The translations under genes were made by a program, and so were the position numbers. Shown piece by piece: positions 1 to 13,532 of a stretch of 64,000 nt of DNA. Under the pieces are notes generated by a model. The model made no database searches, had not been told where the DNA came from, and worked only from the letters and a program-made list of their open reading frames with translations. Source of the DNA: Octopus sinensis (taxonomy: Eukaryota); contig NC_043015.1 in the NCBI RefSeq assembly GCF_006345805.1, forward strand, positions 39,122,001 through 39,186,000, written 5' to 3'. Each line of letters starts with the position of its first letter. Within the stretch, counting starts at the first letter, position 1.

Positions 1-14
1 ATTGACAACCATGG

Positions 15-172
15 TGGGCTTCTTTCAGTTTCTGTCTACCAAGCCCACTCACAAGACTTTGGTCAACCCAAGGCTATATATAGTGATAGACACTTGTCCC
101 CGGTGTCAGGCAGTGGAACTAAACCTGAGACCACATTGTTAGGAAGTAAGCTATTTAACCACACAGCCATAC
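15..172 (-). mobile_element. SINE family B 5' half
   Basis: Reverse complement of the 5' half of the 33873 element. Confidence 0.8.
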
Positions 173-1153
173 ATGTATCTGTGTACGTACACACACACAA
201 TGTGAGGGCACTGGTTCCAGGTTCAATACACACAAATTCAAATCGCAAGATTGTGGAAAAACTAATGACAGTCATTTAAAGTGCTATTTTATGATGTTAC
301 TGTTTACTATGAAAACTGAAATAGTTTCATCGTACATCTAGGACTTGACAGGCATTACAAGTGTTTACTATGAAGTGTGAGCTATTTCTCTCAGACATCT
401 CTCTCGGTCACTGAAATCATTCTAATTGCAGTGGAGTCATATTCAAAACCAAACCTGAAGCTGTCATTTGACTGATTTAATACTGACCAGTGTGTGTCTG
501 TTAACCTTCATTGTATGTCCACAGGTTGGTGAGAAGCAATTTGGGTGTCTGGTGGTAGGTGGAAATGAATGCATGTGATAGGAATTATACCTGGTGTCAC
601 ACAATTTGTGACTGGCTGGTGTTGTTAGATGCCTCACAACTTTCAGCAATAATTTCCCCAATGTTCAAACAAGGCTGAACTTTAGATATGGAGTTGTAAT
701 TCTCTCTCTCTCATACACACTTTAATTCAAAATGTTTAAAATTCAGATAAATTCTTCTTAAAAATTAATTTATGAAACTGTTTTTTTCTGTCCCCCCCCC
801 CCCAACAAAATATATAAAGTCCAAGAATAACCATCATGTGTTGTCCTGTTAAATATATTCCTAATATCAAACTGTTGATATTCCATATGAACATTAGTTT
901 GTGATGACCACTTAGTTGTCCGGTATTTCTGTTAAACAGTATTTAAATTGTTACATAGGGGTGATGAATGTGATTTTAAGGGCACTTGTGAATTTACTGG
1001 TGTAATTAATGTTAATTTAAACCCAAGGGAACTTAATTATAGTATTACTTCATCAACATGGCATTTACTTGATAGTGTCGACTTTGAGTCAAGTTTCCAT
1101 GACTACATCACTGTATTGTGAGAACAAACCAAGTGGACCCGTTTGTATTACTG

Positions 1154-1533
1154 ACTAGCAGTATCGCCCGGCGTTGCTCAGGTTTGTAAGGGAAATAACT
1201 ATAAAGCATTTTTAGAGAGTTATAGCCAAAAAATAGCAAAAAAATGGAAAAAAAATGATGGTAAATTTTTTTTGAGAGTTAAAAAAGGTGGAGTTGCGTC
1301 CCCTAGACGGTCTGGGTTTCTGATTCTCGACCCCATGTCGAATTTATCGATTTTTTTCAGAACTGGGGGAACTTTTCAAAATTGTCGCTGCGTTAGTTTT
1401 GAATTATGACATTGGGCTATGTGTGTGTCAAGTTTCATCAGAATCGGTTGAAAGCCGTGGTCAGGGTGAGGGTACGAGAAAACAGACACACAGAAACACG
1501 CACAGACAAACTGCCGTTTATATAGAGAGAGAT
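1154..1533 (+). mobile_element. Non-autonomous Helitron/Helentron-like element (Lep1-like layout)
   Basis: Starts ACTAGCAGTATCGCCCGGCGTTGCTC and ends with an ACAGAC-type repeat and CCGTTTATATAGAGAGAGAT; recognised by terminal layout only. Confidence 0.45.
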
Positions 1534-2138
1534 ATTTCTAATGAAGTTGTAGCTAAAATATATCCGGCAAGTTTCAGGTGGTTTAGTTTTATTAATTGTT
1601 TGGTGAGAATTGTGAATTTTGTTTAAATTTGATCAACAACTTCTGCTGCTCTGATTGGAATTCAACATTTAAAGATGCCAATAATTTCTTAGAAATTAGA
1701 ATAGTTTCTCTTTTGAAAAAAGTTGAGCAAAAATATTTTTTTTTCCCCCCTTTTAAATGGTAAAATTTCTCTCTTTTCTTTCGCTTTTTTTCCTTGCTTT
1801 CTGTTGTTGTTTATACATTTTAGTTTTGACTGTGAAATAGTTTGTGAATGAAATATTAAATTTCTATAACGAACAAATAAGAAATAAAGATAAAATAAAC
1901 GAAAAAAAGTAGGAAAAAAAAAAAAATTTCATTTCTTGAAAACAAGACATTTCTTTTAATGATGTCATTGAGAGTTTGGAATATAAATGTCAATGGCTGG
2001 AGGTAAATTGTTATTTCTTGAAATTTGATTAACTCTACCTAAAGTCTCGGCAGTGAACTGTCCTAAAGATGTTTCCATTCTATTAGTTTGATGTTCATTC
2101 ATTTGAACATGTTATACAGCTGGCATGGCACCACTTTC

Positions 2139-2330
2139 CCCACCACCACCACCACTACCACTACTACAACAACCACCATCACCACCACTACTACTACCAC
2201 TACTACTACCACCACTACTACTACTACTACCACCTCTACTATCACTACTACTACTACCACTACTACTACTACTTCGTTGACAATCACTGTTGCCAGTACC
2301 ATAACCACCACCATGACCACCACCACCACT
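2139..2330 (+). repeat. (ACC/ACT)n trinucleotide tract
   Basis: Direct reading; gives the poly-Thr/poly-Val ORFs. Confidence 0.9.
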
Positions 2331-4682
2331 GGATGGGAGTTGCTTCATTGTTCTCTCCAATCACTGTTAGCTTGCAAGCTTTTTATCTCTGTAGACATCA
2401 AAGAAAAACACACACACACATACACACACTCTCACACACACACACACAGAGGAGTACATTATTAGGAATCGTTTTTTGATGAGCGGGGTGGAGGTGTGTG
2501 TGTGCAGGGTGGAGGGGGTGTGTGTGCTGTGGGTGACAGTTAATTCTGTTCATTATAGTAATGAACGACTAGTTATATAGTGTGGCTAGTTGAGAAATCT
2601 TGATTAGTCTTAAATATTTCTCAGCATCTTATTAGTAATCAAGCTGTACCGGTAATATTTCCTCCACTACTTAAACGACGACACCGTGTGTGTGTATGTG
2701 TAGGGGGGGAGGGAGTGCTGCCTCTGCTGCCTGTAGCAGTGATTGCAAAGACGTGCTGCTAATATACTAATTAGACCGACTTCATTTGTTTGGTGTCTTC
2801 CACTAATTATACGTCCATCTTTCTTCTCTCCTCCTCTAACATATATTTTAGCTTCGGCAACTTTATCATTAACAGCCTCTCACATGTCACAGTTGACACC
2901 ACAGAAAGCTGGTTCACTTCTAACTAACAGCCTCTACTTTTCATCGCCTTTGTTCAATTTGTGTGTGTGTGTGTGTGTGCTTGTTATTTGCGACAACAAC
3001 ATCTAAGGACCCACTCTTTGTTTAACTCTAAAAAAAAAATAGGGAGCTCTTTTTAGATAACATAAAAATATATCTGTTTTTGAATCAGTTTTTTTCTTTT
3101 TGTTAGTTTTTATTTCTGTTTTTTTTTTTTCCTAAGAAGTTCCAATAGAGTCTTGTAATTGTGTAGGTTTGCTATGTCTGTCGTATCTTGCGTCCATACC
3201 AGCTGCCATCCACTTCTTTGTTGTATGTGAGAATGTAATTTTTATAACGGAGGATTGTTGAGTTCAGAGAAGAGAAGCGGTTTACCAGTTTCTCTTAGAA
3301 ATAAATGTTCAAGTTCCCTTACAGATAAATAAGCCCTGACTACATAACAGGACATTTAGTTTTATAACCTCTTGGAGTGGCTGACGTTAGGAAGGGCATC
3401 CAGCCATAGAAACTATACCAAATCAGACTGGGACCTGGCTTACCAGCTCCAGTCAAACCATCTAACTCATGCCAGCAAGGACAATGGACGTTAAGTGATG
3501 ATGATGATGATGATGATGAACCTGTGGAAAGGAGTTTACATTAGTTATTTAACCTAATTACAAGAGAAAGTTTGCATAGTTAATTAACCTGATTACATTA
3601 AGGGTATTTATTTAGTTATAATAACCTAACTACACTGAATCATAGAAAAAAACCCTATATTTATAGATCTAATCTATTGCAGATTAATAAAAGTGATTTG
3701 ATAGATCTGAGTTCAAAATGGTGATTTCTGGTGCAAATTGTGAAAATTTTGCGAGGTTGCTTCTTACTTCTGCAAGCCTGGATCACATTAATTGTCCATT
3801 CCACTCTCAGAGGCCCCGAACAAAGATCGTCAAATGCCAAGTAGTAAAGAGGGACAAGAGTGAATTCCATTTCTGTTTTTATAATAATAGGATTATTATG
3901 ATGATGGTGTGTTCCTCTGATTAACCCTTTCGTTACTGTATTTATTTTGAGATACTCTGTTTCTTTCAATTAATTTTAAATATAACAAAAGAATTTAGTA
4001 AAATAACTTAGTCATCATTCAGCTAGTGTTAGGAACATAAATTGTGACTAAGGTTTGGTGGAAGATTTTAATTCAAAACTTATGAAGACAAGACATTTGT
4101 ACTCAGAGCCAGAGGTGGTTTCAGCAGGGTTGGTAACGAAAGGGTTAAAAACCATCTTTTTTTTCTCTGCCTCAGTTGTGAAAAATATATTCTGTGAAAT
4201 CTCACAGATCCACGCTTTTTAGTGTGGATTGACTGATCTAGAGTTCGAATCTTCACTACAGCTGTGAAGTGAAATAGCAACTGCTGCAGTGGTGGTCATG
4301 GAACAAATCAAAGTGGTCACTCAATCTGTTAGAAATAGCAATCAAATTCTTTCTAGAATCATATCTTGTTGGAAAGGTAAAGGAAGCTTTGAATATTTTA
4401 ATTCTTGGCATACCTCATAAAAGGTGGGAGAGTCGTGTTTGGAAAGCTTTTGATCTTAGGTCTGTCTACTCAGTAAGGTTCATCCTGGGGCTAAACAATG
4501 ACAACTGATGAAAGGAAAGTCAGACATACTGTTGTGACTACATCAATAGTTAATGTGTAACTTTGCATCGCTATCCTACCCACCTGTAATGAATGATCAA
4601 ATATTTAATGTTAATAACGACACATCTTCACTTGTTCTGCTCCATTGAACTTCATGTTTTTGATGACTCTCTTCTCTTCCAG

Positions 4683-4796
4683 ATGACCTCTGACTTCCGC
4701 AACCTCTACGACGATGGTGTCATTGTTGAGGTCCTCATCACCCAACCCATACATGGAGATGTACTGCACAAAACCAGAAGTTTGATGCAGGTCATT
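4683..4796 (+). CDS. ATP6AP2: ATP6AP2 / (pro)renin receptor, penultimate coding exon (MTSDFRNLYDDGVIVEVLITQPIHGDVLHKTRSLMQVI)
   Basis: Polypyrimidine tract and AG at 4681-4682, GTAAGT donor at 4797, 114 nt, phase 0/0. Translation resembles human [35 protein letters not shown] and joins in frame to the 6216 exon. Confidence 0.88.
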
Positions 4797-5399
4797 GTAA
4801 GTATTCTGCTGAGATTCTAAAATATATTGCTAGAACTTTTAGAGTATAATATACCTTGTGGTGTTATTTCTGTCCTTTGAGCCCTGAATTCAAATTTCAC
4901 TGTGGCTCATTTCAGTTGTAGACTTCATTGGTCACTTGACCCTTGAACCTTGGTCATCTTTAGTGGAGACCAACTCTGTTGTAAGTATCGAGGCTCACTC
5001 TTCAGTTGGAAGAGAACTTCTATGAATCTGTCTGGGTGGTCATTACTGGTGAAGGTTTTATGAGGCTGGAGTGCAGATCCCACCTCAACCTGTTTTGGTT
5101 GCCTTTTATGACATGTTGAAGAAATGGGTCCATGCTTTAATGTGCTGGTTCCCACACAGCACTAGGGTTTGCTCAAAAACACAACATGCTGCCCTGTCTG
5201 GAAACAGAACCCATGGTCTGGCAATCATGAGTGCAACACACTAATCACTTGGCCAAGTCTTTACTATGAAGATTCTGCTTAATCAGGATTCAATCTTTGA
5301 ACAACTGCATGTCATAAAAAGATGTGTCCAGTTGGTGACGCTTTGTGTGTGTGTGTGTGTGTGTCTGTGTGAGTGAATGTGTGAGTGTGTGTGCGTGTG

Positions 5400-5622
5400 A
5401 TACCTATTTCTTTACTACCCACAAGGGGACAAACAAGGACAGACAAACGGATTAAGTTGATTATATCGACTCCAGTGCGTAACTGGTACTTATTTAATCA
5501 ACCCCGGAAGGATGAAAGGCAAAGTCGACCTCGGCAGAATTTGAACTCACAATGTAGCAGCGGGTGAAATACCACTAAGCATTTCATCCAGCGTGCTAAT
5601 GATTCTGCCAGCTTGCTGCCTT
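5400..5622 (-). mobile_element. SINE family A copy
   Basis: Reverse complement of the 27960 element (GAAAGGCAAAGTCGACCTCGGCAGAATTTGAACTC). Confidence 0.8.
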
Positions 5623-5727
5623 GTGTGTGTGATACCAGTAAGAACAATTGTGGTTTAAGTGTACATATTGATGATATCAGTGTTCACATTAATTCCTGAT
5701 TATTTGAGAATAAATTCATCATCATCA

Positions 5728-6058
5728 TCATCATCATCATTTAACGTCCGCTTTCCATGCTAGCATGGGTTGGACGATTTGACTGAGGTCTGGTGAACCA
5801 GATGGCTGCACCAGACTCCAATCTGATCTGGCAGAGTTTCTACAGCTGGATGCCCTTCCTAATGCCAACCACTCTAAGAGTGTAGTGGATGCTTTTTACG
5901 TGCCACCAGCACAGAGGCCAGTGTGGTGGTACTGGCAACGACCATGCCCAAATGGTGCTTTTTCTGTGCCACCTGCACAGGAGCCAGTCCAGTGGCACTG
6001 GCGACGACCTCGCTCGAATGTTTCACGTGCCACCAGCCCAAATGCCAGTAAGGCCTAT
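5728..6058 (-). mobile_element. RTE-tailed repeat with (ATG)n tail and ~60-bp internal repeats
   Basis: Reverse complement of AGGAAGGGCATCCAGCTGTAGAAAC..GGACGTTAAATGATGATG; a forward copy lies at about 3372-3520. Confidence 0.7.
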
Positions 6059-6215
6059 TTCATTGGCATCACTCTATGGAATGTAATTCACCATTTTTCA
6101 GGAGACCCTAGAGAATTATTGATATTTTCTCCCAAATACCTTTCCTATTTTAACCAACTCTAACCCGTCTCCTTTTAATTTCCCTGATTAATTCCTTACA
6201 AATTTCTCATTTCAG

Positions 6216-6413
6216 GAGGCAAAATCCAATTCCACCCTAAACCTCGTTGGAAGCTACTCTGACAATTACTCTTCCATTTTCAACATCATTCTGTGGGGTA
6301 TGATTGTGCTGATGGTGGCCCTTTTCGTTATATCCTACGGCATTTGGAACATGGACCCAGGCCGTGACAGTGTTATCTACAGAATGACCAGCCAGCGATT
6401 GAAAAAGGAATAA
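6216..6413 (+). CDS. ATP6AP2: ATP6AP2 terminal coding exon (EAKSNSTLNLVGSYSDNYSSIFNIILWGMIVLMVALFVISYGIWNMDPGRDSVIYRMTSQRLKKE*)
   Basis: TTTCAG acceptor ending 6215, TAA at 6411-6413. A transmembrane helix is followed by the diagnostic WNMDPGxDSxIYRMT cytoplasmic tail of ATP6AP2. Absent from the ORF track (no start codon). Confidence 0.95.
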   Translation, partial: EAKSNSTLNLVGSYSDNYSSIFNIILWGMIVLMVALFVISYGIWNMDPGRDSVIYRMTSQRLKKE

Positions 6414-6553
6414 TTCTAGATTTGGGGTTTTTTTCCTTCTGCATCTTAGAAAATGAATTGAAATTTCTGAGTGAAAGTTTGTTTGCAGAGGCTTGGGACA
6501 TATTTCGGTATTGACAGCAGTGAGGGGGTTGTTAAAGCTGTCTTACTGATGTG

Positions 6554-6632
<79 letters not shown>

Positions 6633-6759
6633 CACACACATATATATATGCATACATACACACATACGTACATACATATATATAAATATATATGTATGTA
6701 CATATATATGCTCACATACATACATATATATATATATATATGTATGTATATATATATAC

Positions 6760-6801
<42 letters not shown>

Positions 6802-8044
6802 AGCCATCAGTAAGATTGTTACAGCTATCTTACTGATGTGTGTGTGTATGTGTGTGTGTGTGTGTGTATGTATAAAACTATTAGTGAGGTTGTTTTAATT
6901 GTTTTACCTCTACAGCAATTCTCTACCTACATGTTAATAGATCTTTGCTCGTTACTGTTGACCAATAAATCAATTAATGTGTTTAGTTTTAATTCACTGA
7001 TTGATCAAATTAACCAGGAACTTTATATTTTTCTTGTTGCTATTCAGGCTCTGCTGTACTTAATTAACTCTCACAAAACACTCAACTTTAAACTCCTCAG
7101 TTGTCTAATTATTTCATAAGTTTTATCAAAACCAGGATTTTTTTTTGTTCCTACCAAAAGTTTAATCTTTTTTTTTTGCAGCAAATTCATAGCAATATTT
7201 CATTTCAATCATGTATTTAAATTTAAGATTTAAATATATGAAAATAAGTTTTTTGAGTGAGAAATTATTGTTGAGATGTGGAGTATTCTAGAAACTCGTC
7301 AAGTTTGGAATTAATTTCTGAAGATTTTTCAGTGAATCTTGACTTTTGTTGCAGTTATTTCTTGTGACATGATTCCATATTTTTTCTGTGTTTTATTTCA
7401 AATATTAAACTTTAGACTTTCAAATAGAACAATCTTCTTGATAACTTTGTGTTTGACTGGGTATGTCTACAATTTTAGGGGTAGATTTAGGGGTACATAG
7501 GTCTGATCTTTCTGTTAGAAGATCAGATATTTTCAAGTTTGACATTCCACTGTAAAAACCAATAAATTGTTGGATTGGGTCATGTTTGTTAAAGCATGAA
7601 CGCCCTCACATCCACACAATAGCTGCCCTTTCTGATAAACCAGTTCTATTGTTCCAATTCCACTTTGTTTTATTGTGATATATTTTGTTTATACTTTTTG
7701 TTTTTTCCAAATAAAATGTTAATTTTATTTTATTTGTTGTTTTGTTTTATTTAAATTTTATTGTGGTTGTCTTCAGATTTTCATGACATCCTGCACATCC
7801 CCCCTGCCTTTTTGTAACCTCTTCCAATGCCTTTGTCCCCAACTCTAGTCAGTTCAGTGTTACAAATTCTTGGTTTCCTTTTGTCTGGAAAATATTCTTC
7901 ATAACTTCAAAAATGTTTCCATATTTCTGAAAATTGGATCACTTCTTTTTTGGCTCTTTCCTCATTGTCATCTCTCACACACACAAACACACACACACAC
8001 ATGCACTTACATGTTCACATAGACTTGTACATACACTCACACAC

Positions 8045-8362
8045 TGGCACTCCATTGGTTACAACGATGAGGGTCCCAGCTGATCTGATCAACGGAGCAG
8101 CCTGCTCATGAAATTAACATGCATGTGGCTGAGCGCTCCACAGACACGTGTAAACCCTTAACGTAGTTCCCAGGGAGATTCAGCATGGCACAGAGTGTAA
8201 CAAGACTGACCCCTTCAAAATACAGGTTCAACTCATTTTTGCCGGCTGAGTGGACTACTGCAACGTGAAATAAAATGTCTTGCTTAAGGACACAATGCAC
8301 TACAAAGAATCGAACTCACAGCCTTATGATTGTGAGCCAAACGCCCTAACCACTAAGCTACA
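8045..8362 (-). mobile_element. SINE family C copy
   Basis: TGGCACTCCATTGGTTACAACGATGAGGGTCCCAGCTGATC..CGAACTCAC..CCTAACCACTAAGC; a related plus-strand piece lies at about 58430-58605. Confidence 0.7.
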
Positions 8363-8384
8363 TACCTTCATCACATCACACACT

Positions 8385-8660
8385 CACACATACACATACA
8401 CACGATGATACATATTCACACACACACACACACTTGCATACAATGATACATATTCACACACACACATACACACACACGCATACATACAATGATACATATT
8501 CACACACACACATACACACACACACACGCATACATACAATGATACATATTCACACACACACACACATACAATGATACATATTCACACACACATACATACA
8601 ATGATACATATTCACACACACACACACACTTGCATACAATGATACATATTCACACACACC
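8385..8660 (+). repeat. Compound minisatellite (CATACAATGATACATATTCA + (CA)n) x ~7
   Basis: ATACAATGATACATATTCACACAC recurs, separated by variable CA runs. Confidence 0.85.
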
Positions 8661-11609
8661 TCTCACCCCTCACTCCCCCCAGACACTATTTTGTCACCAA
8701 TCAATAAATTCCTAATCAATTCATTTTGTTGTGTTTTTTTCAACTTTTCAAACATTTTTCCTTTTGTTTGTTAGAAGTTTTTTCTTTTCTGTGTGTCAGC
8801 CGACATTAATTTCCTGGTGCCTCAGTCGTCGTCTTCTCTGCCAACCATTTCTCTCTTTGGAGGTGTTGCTACATTCCTACGAAGACCAGTTCTAGGTTTT
8901 GGTTTTTTTTTTTTTTTTTCTCTCTCTCGAAATATTCCCAGTTTCAATTCGTTTCGCTCATTGTTGCACCTGTCGGCTGCTGTTAAAGACTTACCTGGTT
9001 TGCTGCTTCGTCACAAAAACAAAAGACAATAAACGAGACAGACAGACAGACATTGTGGTGTAGTACGTTGCGTTGTGGTGGTGGTGGTGGTGGTGGTGTG
9101 GTGTGGTGTGTTATGTGGTGTGTTGTGTGTCACGGGGTAATGTTGTAGTATAGGGTGTAGCATTGTGCTTCACTGCTACCAAAAACAGGCAAGCAGACAG
9201 ACAGGCAGACGGACAGACAGACAGACAAATAGAAAGGCAGACGGACAGACAGGCAAGCAGAAGGTAGACCGACAGACAGGCAGGCAGACAAGCAGAAAGG
9301 CGGACAGACAGACAGAAGGTAAACGGACAGACAGACAAACAGACGGACAGACAGGCAGGCAGACATGCAAACAGACAGACGGACAAACAGGCAAATAAGG
9401 CTGGCACATAGGCAAGCAGAAGGTAGACAGACGGACAGACAGACAGACAGACAAGCAGAAGTCAAGCAGGTAGACAGACAGGCAGAAAGGCGAAATACGT
9501 TTTTTTAACGGAATGCTGGCTTTTGCAAAAGTTCTGGAAGTTTCCAACTTCTACTGTGGAACCTACTGTCTTTGACCTGTTTTCTCAAAACAGAGACCAA
9601 AGTTCCAATTCTTTAATATCTTTAGATAATGTCCCGAAATCTCTTTTTCACCCACTCTCTCTCTCTCTCTCTCCCCTCCCCCTCTCTTCCCTCTCTCTTT
9701 CTCTCTTTGTCTGTCTCCCTCTCTCTCCCCTCCCTCTCTCTCTTCCCTCTCTTTGTCTGTCTCTGTGTCTGTCTCTCCCTGTCTCTCCCCTCTCTCCCCA
9801 CAGTTCTTCGGTTTCCAGTTCTCTTTAAGAAGCCGACCTACTGCAGAAAGGAAGAGACGTGGAAATCAAGCAGGAAGTATAATTGTCTTCCAATGTCGTC
9901 GTTACAATGGAAGCTTGCCGTCATTAAAATAAAGTCTCAGTTGTTTAATTAGACACAGAAGAATCGTTAACCGTTTCCACAGAAGCAGGTGTTGGTCTGC
10001 CACCGATCTCTTTTACACAACACATGTGACTCTGATTCTTCTCCATTTGGTTTGTTTACCAATTCCAGAATAAAATACACAATAGTCAATAAAATCATTG
10101 AAAAAGCTAAAGAACCGTTTGATTCCTTTATTTATTTACCATTCTCTGTTCTTTCTGCGACGAACAAACCCCACCCCCGTCAACCAATTTCAAGGGGGGT
10201 TTTTTTTCCCCATTTTTTTTTTGTGTGTTTTCAATTTTCTTCGTCAATTTATGACTGACGGAAATTTGCTTAATTCGTCTTCAATCGATGTCGTTCTTCC
10301 AACTAAAACACAATCAGAAAAGAAGACATCGAAAAGGAGAGGAAGAAACGGTGTGTGTGTGTGTATCGGTGTATATATTTGCGTGTATCTGTGTGTGCGT
10401 GTAAGTGTGTGTGTGTGTGTGTACGATTTCAGGAATCGAGCCTAATTATCGTTCCTGGCTTGAAGAGAACGGAAATCATTCCTAGTTGAAACTTAATTGC
10501 TTTAACAATAAAGTTCTTGGTAATTCAGTCCTATACCTACACACCTACACACACACACACACACACACCTACACACATACATACACAATGTTACCCCCCC
10601 CCACGCACACACACGCGCGCACACATGTTACCAGTTGTCTCGAGGCGAACGAAACCGTATTCTGTAGTCAATGCTACAGTACTGTGCACTACATTGTTGT
10701 AGTCAGTGCTACAGTACAGGAACACCTCCACTTCGTGATTCACTTTCAAATCACCGTTCGTTAAGAGAGATCCTGAGACATATTACACACACACACAAAC
10801 ATGCATACAGATAGACATATAGACATACATATATACAACATATAGACATACACATACGTATGGACATATATACAGACCCTTATTCTGTACACACACACAC
10901 AGAGAAACATGCATACATATAGACATACACATATGTATAGACACATATACAAACCCACATTCTGTACACACACACACACACAAGATACTCACACATATAT
11001 ATATAAACGTGTGTGTACAGAAGCGAGGCATACACACAACTATATACAAGGTTAGGTTATCAGGAGTTTTGACATTAGACATTTTTTAAAGCATTAAATA
11101 AAGATCGATATAAAAAAACAGTTTAGATTTAATCAATAAATTGATTAAATCATTAAGAAATAATAAATAATCAAATGCTTCTTCAATTTTTTTGTTAACA
11201 TTCCTCGATGCTTTTTCGTTGTTCGTATTTAATTCGCTTCAAGTGGAAAGAATCCTTTTATTTAGAAATGCATCCGTCACACGATTTTTCTTTTCTTCAG
11301 AAATTTCACGGCAACAGACGTGAGACAAAATTTTAAACTGGCTGCAAATTTTCAATTTCGGAATTTGAATTCCGAGTCTCACAAATCTCAATTCCTTTTT
11401 AAATAAGTCAAAACAGCTTTGCTGAAGTTTTAGGAATGGAAATATCACCAGGAGTTTACACTGATAAATCATCTTCAATTCTTTCATAATTTTTTTATCA
11501 ATTCAAAATTTTAAGACGAATAAATGGCAGGAGAATGTGAAAGCAGTTTGTAGCGCATCGTCATCTTTTAAACAAAATGACTCAAGGAACAAACAAGTAT
11601 TTAAATGAA

Positions 11610-13345
11610 CATTATCGAAGCAAATTGCAGCGATGGCAGTTGTTCGTGTTTGAAAATTATGAAGAGTCGCAAGCTCTTAAGTGGCTTTGTAGACCAATTC
11701 CCGATTCTTGAGCGACAAGCTCTAAGCACACTTGGGGCAAATATGTAGGTTTTGCTTAGATGGGAGTGTAGCTTTGTCTCGCCTTCTCTGACGTTTCTCA
11801 TCGGCTGTAGATACCCTGGCCTTCTCAGAGCTGCTTGTAGACGTCTGGATGCAATCTCGCCACCCCTCATCCTCTGTGCTGCGACTCCATCAACCCCGCG
11901 GGTTTATCCCGGCTGGGTCAACTGGCGTTTCAGCTGGTCTTTGAAACGCTTCCGTGGGTTGGGGGACTGGTTCCTCTGCTTCTTTGACCTCGGCTGAGAT
12001 GGCCATTGAATACAACCTTCAGAAATGTGGATTTGTCCATGCATGAGACGTGGCCTACCCAACTGAGTTGTAGTGGATTAACTGCCTTGTAGGTTTTGGT
12101 CCTAGTGGACAGATACTGTGCACACTTTTGCAGATGTCCAAAGGTGTTGGCTTCGGCAATGCAACTATCAACGTCCTTTTCAAAGGCTGCGTCTTTGGAG
12201 ATGATACTCGCCAGCGAGGTGAAATGTTTGTCTATGTTAAGAGGAAACCCTTTGATGCTGATCTGCAGTGGTCGGTTTGTAACATTTGGCGGTTTCTGGA
12301 GCAGCGCTTCAATTCCCTTCAGACTGATAGTGAGGTGAAAGGCGTTGGCTGCCTTAGCAAAGCGAGACAAGACTATGTGGAGGGCTACCTCTGTATGTGC
12401 TAGAAGAGCGCAGTCGACAGCAGGATAAGGTTGAATTCCTGCAGAGTCTTTGTGCGAGCAGTCGTCGAAGATTGAATATGTTTCCGTCAGTGCAGACACG
12501 GATGTAGATGCCCTCATGTAAGTCCTCCGTGACCGCCCACAGCATCATGCTGAAGAAGATTGTGTCGGGGCCAGAACACAACCCTGTTTCACGCTGTTCT
12601 CAATGGAGAAGGACTCCGACAGGTTAGTGTTGTACTTGATCTGTCCCGCTGGCTCTCGGGTAGCTGTCCGAGTACAAGGAGGAATATTGGTGGACAACCA
12701 AACCGCTCCAGAATTCTCCACAGCCCATCCCTACTGACCGTATGAAATACCTTTTATTTTTTTAGGTCGATGGAAGCAGTGCAAAGCACCGTGTTTTCTG
12801 TTTGCATTTCTCCTGTATCTGGAAGAAGAGAAATGTCTGTAACATCTCGGTTGGCACAAAAACTACACTGACTCTTGTGAAGGACTTCATCAGCGATGGT
12901 GCGAATTTGTCTTTCAACAAGAACACACGCCACAATCTTGCCTACAATTAAAAGCAGTTTTATGACTCTGTATTTGGGGCACACTGCCCTCACACCTTTG
13001 TTCTTGTACAGAGACACCATTATGGTATTGTGCAGGTCGCTCGGGATTTCTCCTTTCTCCCGGCACAATTTAAAGTGGTCAGTGAGTTTCTCAAGAAGTC
13101 GGTTTCTGCCATGCTTGTATACTTCTGCCACCCACACCAAGAGCCTTGTGAGTCGCTACCTTGAGCCTATCGAAGGGTGGATGGACCAGCGCCTCTTTCT
13201 CTGATATACAGGCAACTGATGCTGCTTGCATTGAGCGTGTCTCCATATAAAACTTGCATAGTGTTCAGGCCAGCGGTGTTTGAGGCCACTTTTCTATCGG
13301 CAGAGCGCAGAGGTGTTTGTGTTTGGTGAGTGGGGTCATATACTG
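11610..13345 (-). mobile_element. Degenerate 5'-truncated RTE-clade LINE (reverse transcriptase region)
   Basis: ORFs 12754-13140 and 11930-12517 give VSLYKNKG, SQCSFCANR..TD, ASIDL, LSWVGHV, resembling RTE LYKNKG..N.RGISLL..SQCGFR..FIDL..WAGHV. Many stops, frameshifts and deletions. Confidence 0.85.
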
Positions 13346-13462
13346 CACGGTGTGCCTCATAGAAGGATCTAATAGCTCCCTAATCAGTTAACGTTTAGTC
13401 CTTTTAACAAGTGCCACCCTCCAGTTGTTCAAGATTCCCTGCAATTTCCACTGGAGGATGCT

Positions 13463-13532
13463 GCAGGCGGACCCGTAGGCAGGCGGACCCGTAGGCAGAC
13501 GGACCCGTAGGCAGACGGACCCGTAGGCAGGC
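13463..13532 (+). repeat. 16-bp GC-rich tandem repeat x4 (GCAGRCGGACCCGTAG)
   Basis: Units start at 13463, 13479, 13495 and 13511. Confidence 0.9.

Noticed and set aside
2088-2465. Poly-Thr, poly-Val, poly-YI/CV and similar ORFs here and throughout the window
   Set aside because: Products of microsatellites, not genes.
1-4680. Earlier ATP6AP2 exons
   Set aside because: No segment translated to recognisable ATP6AP2 luminal sequence between credible splice sites; they may lie upstream or be too diverged to see.
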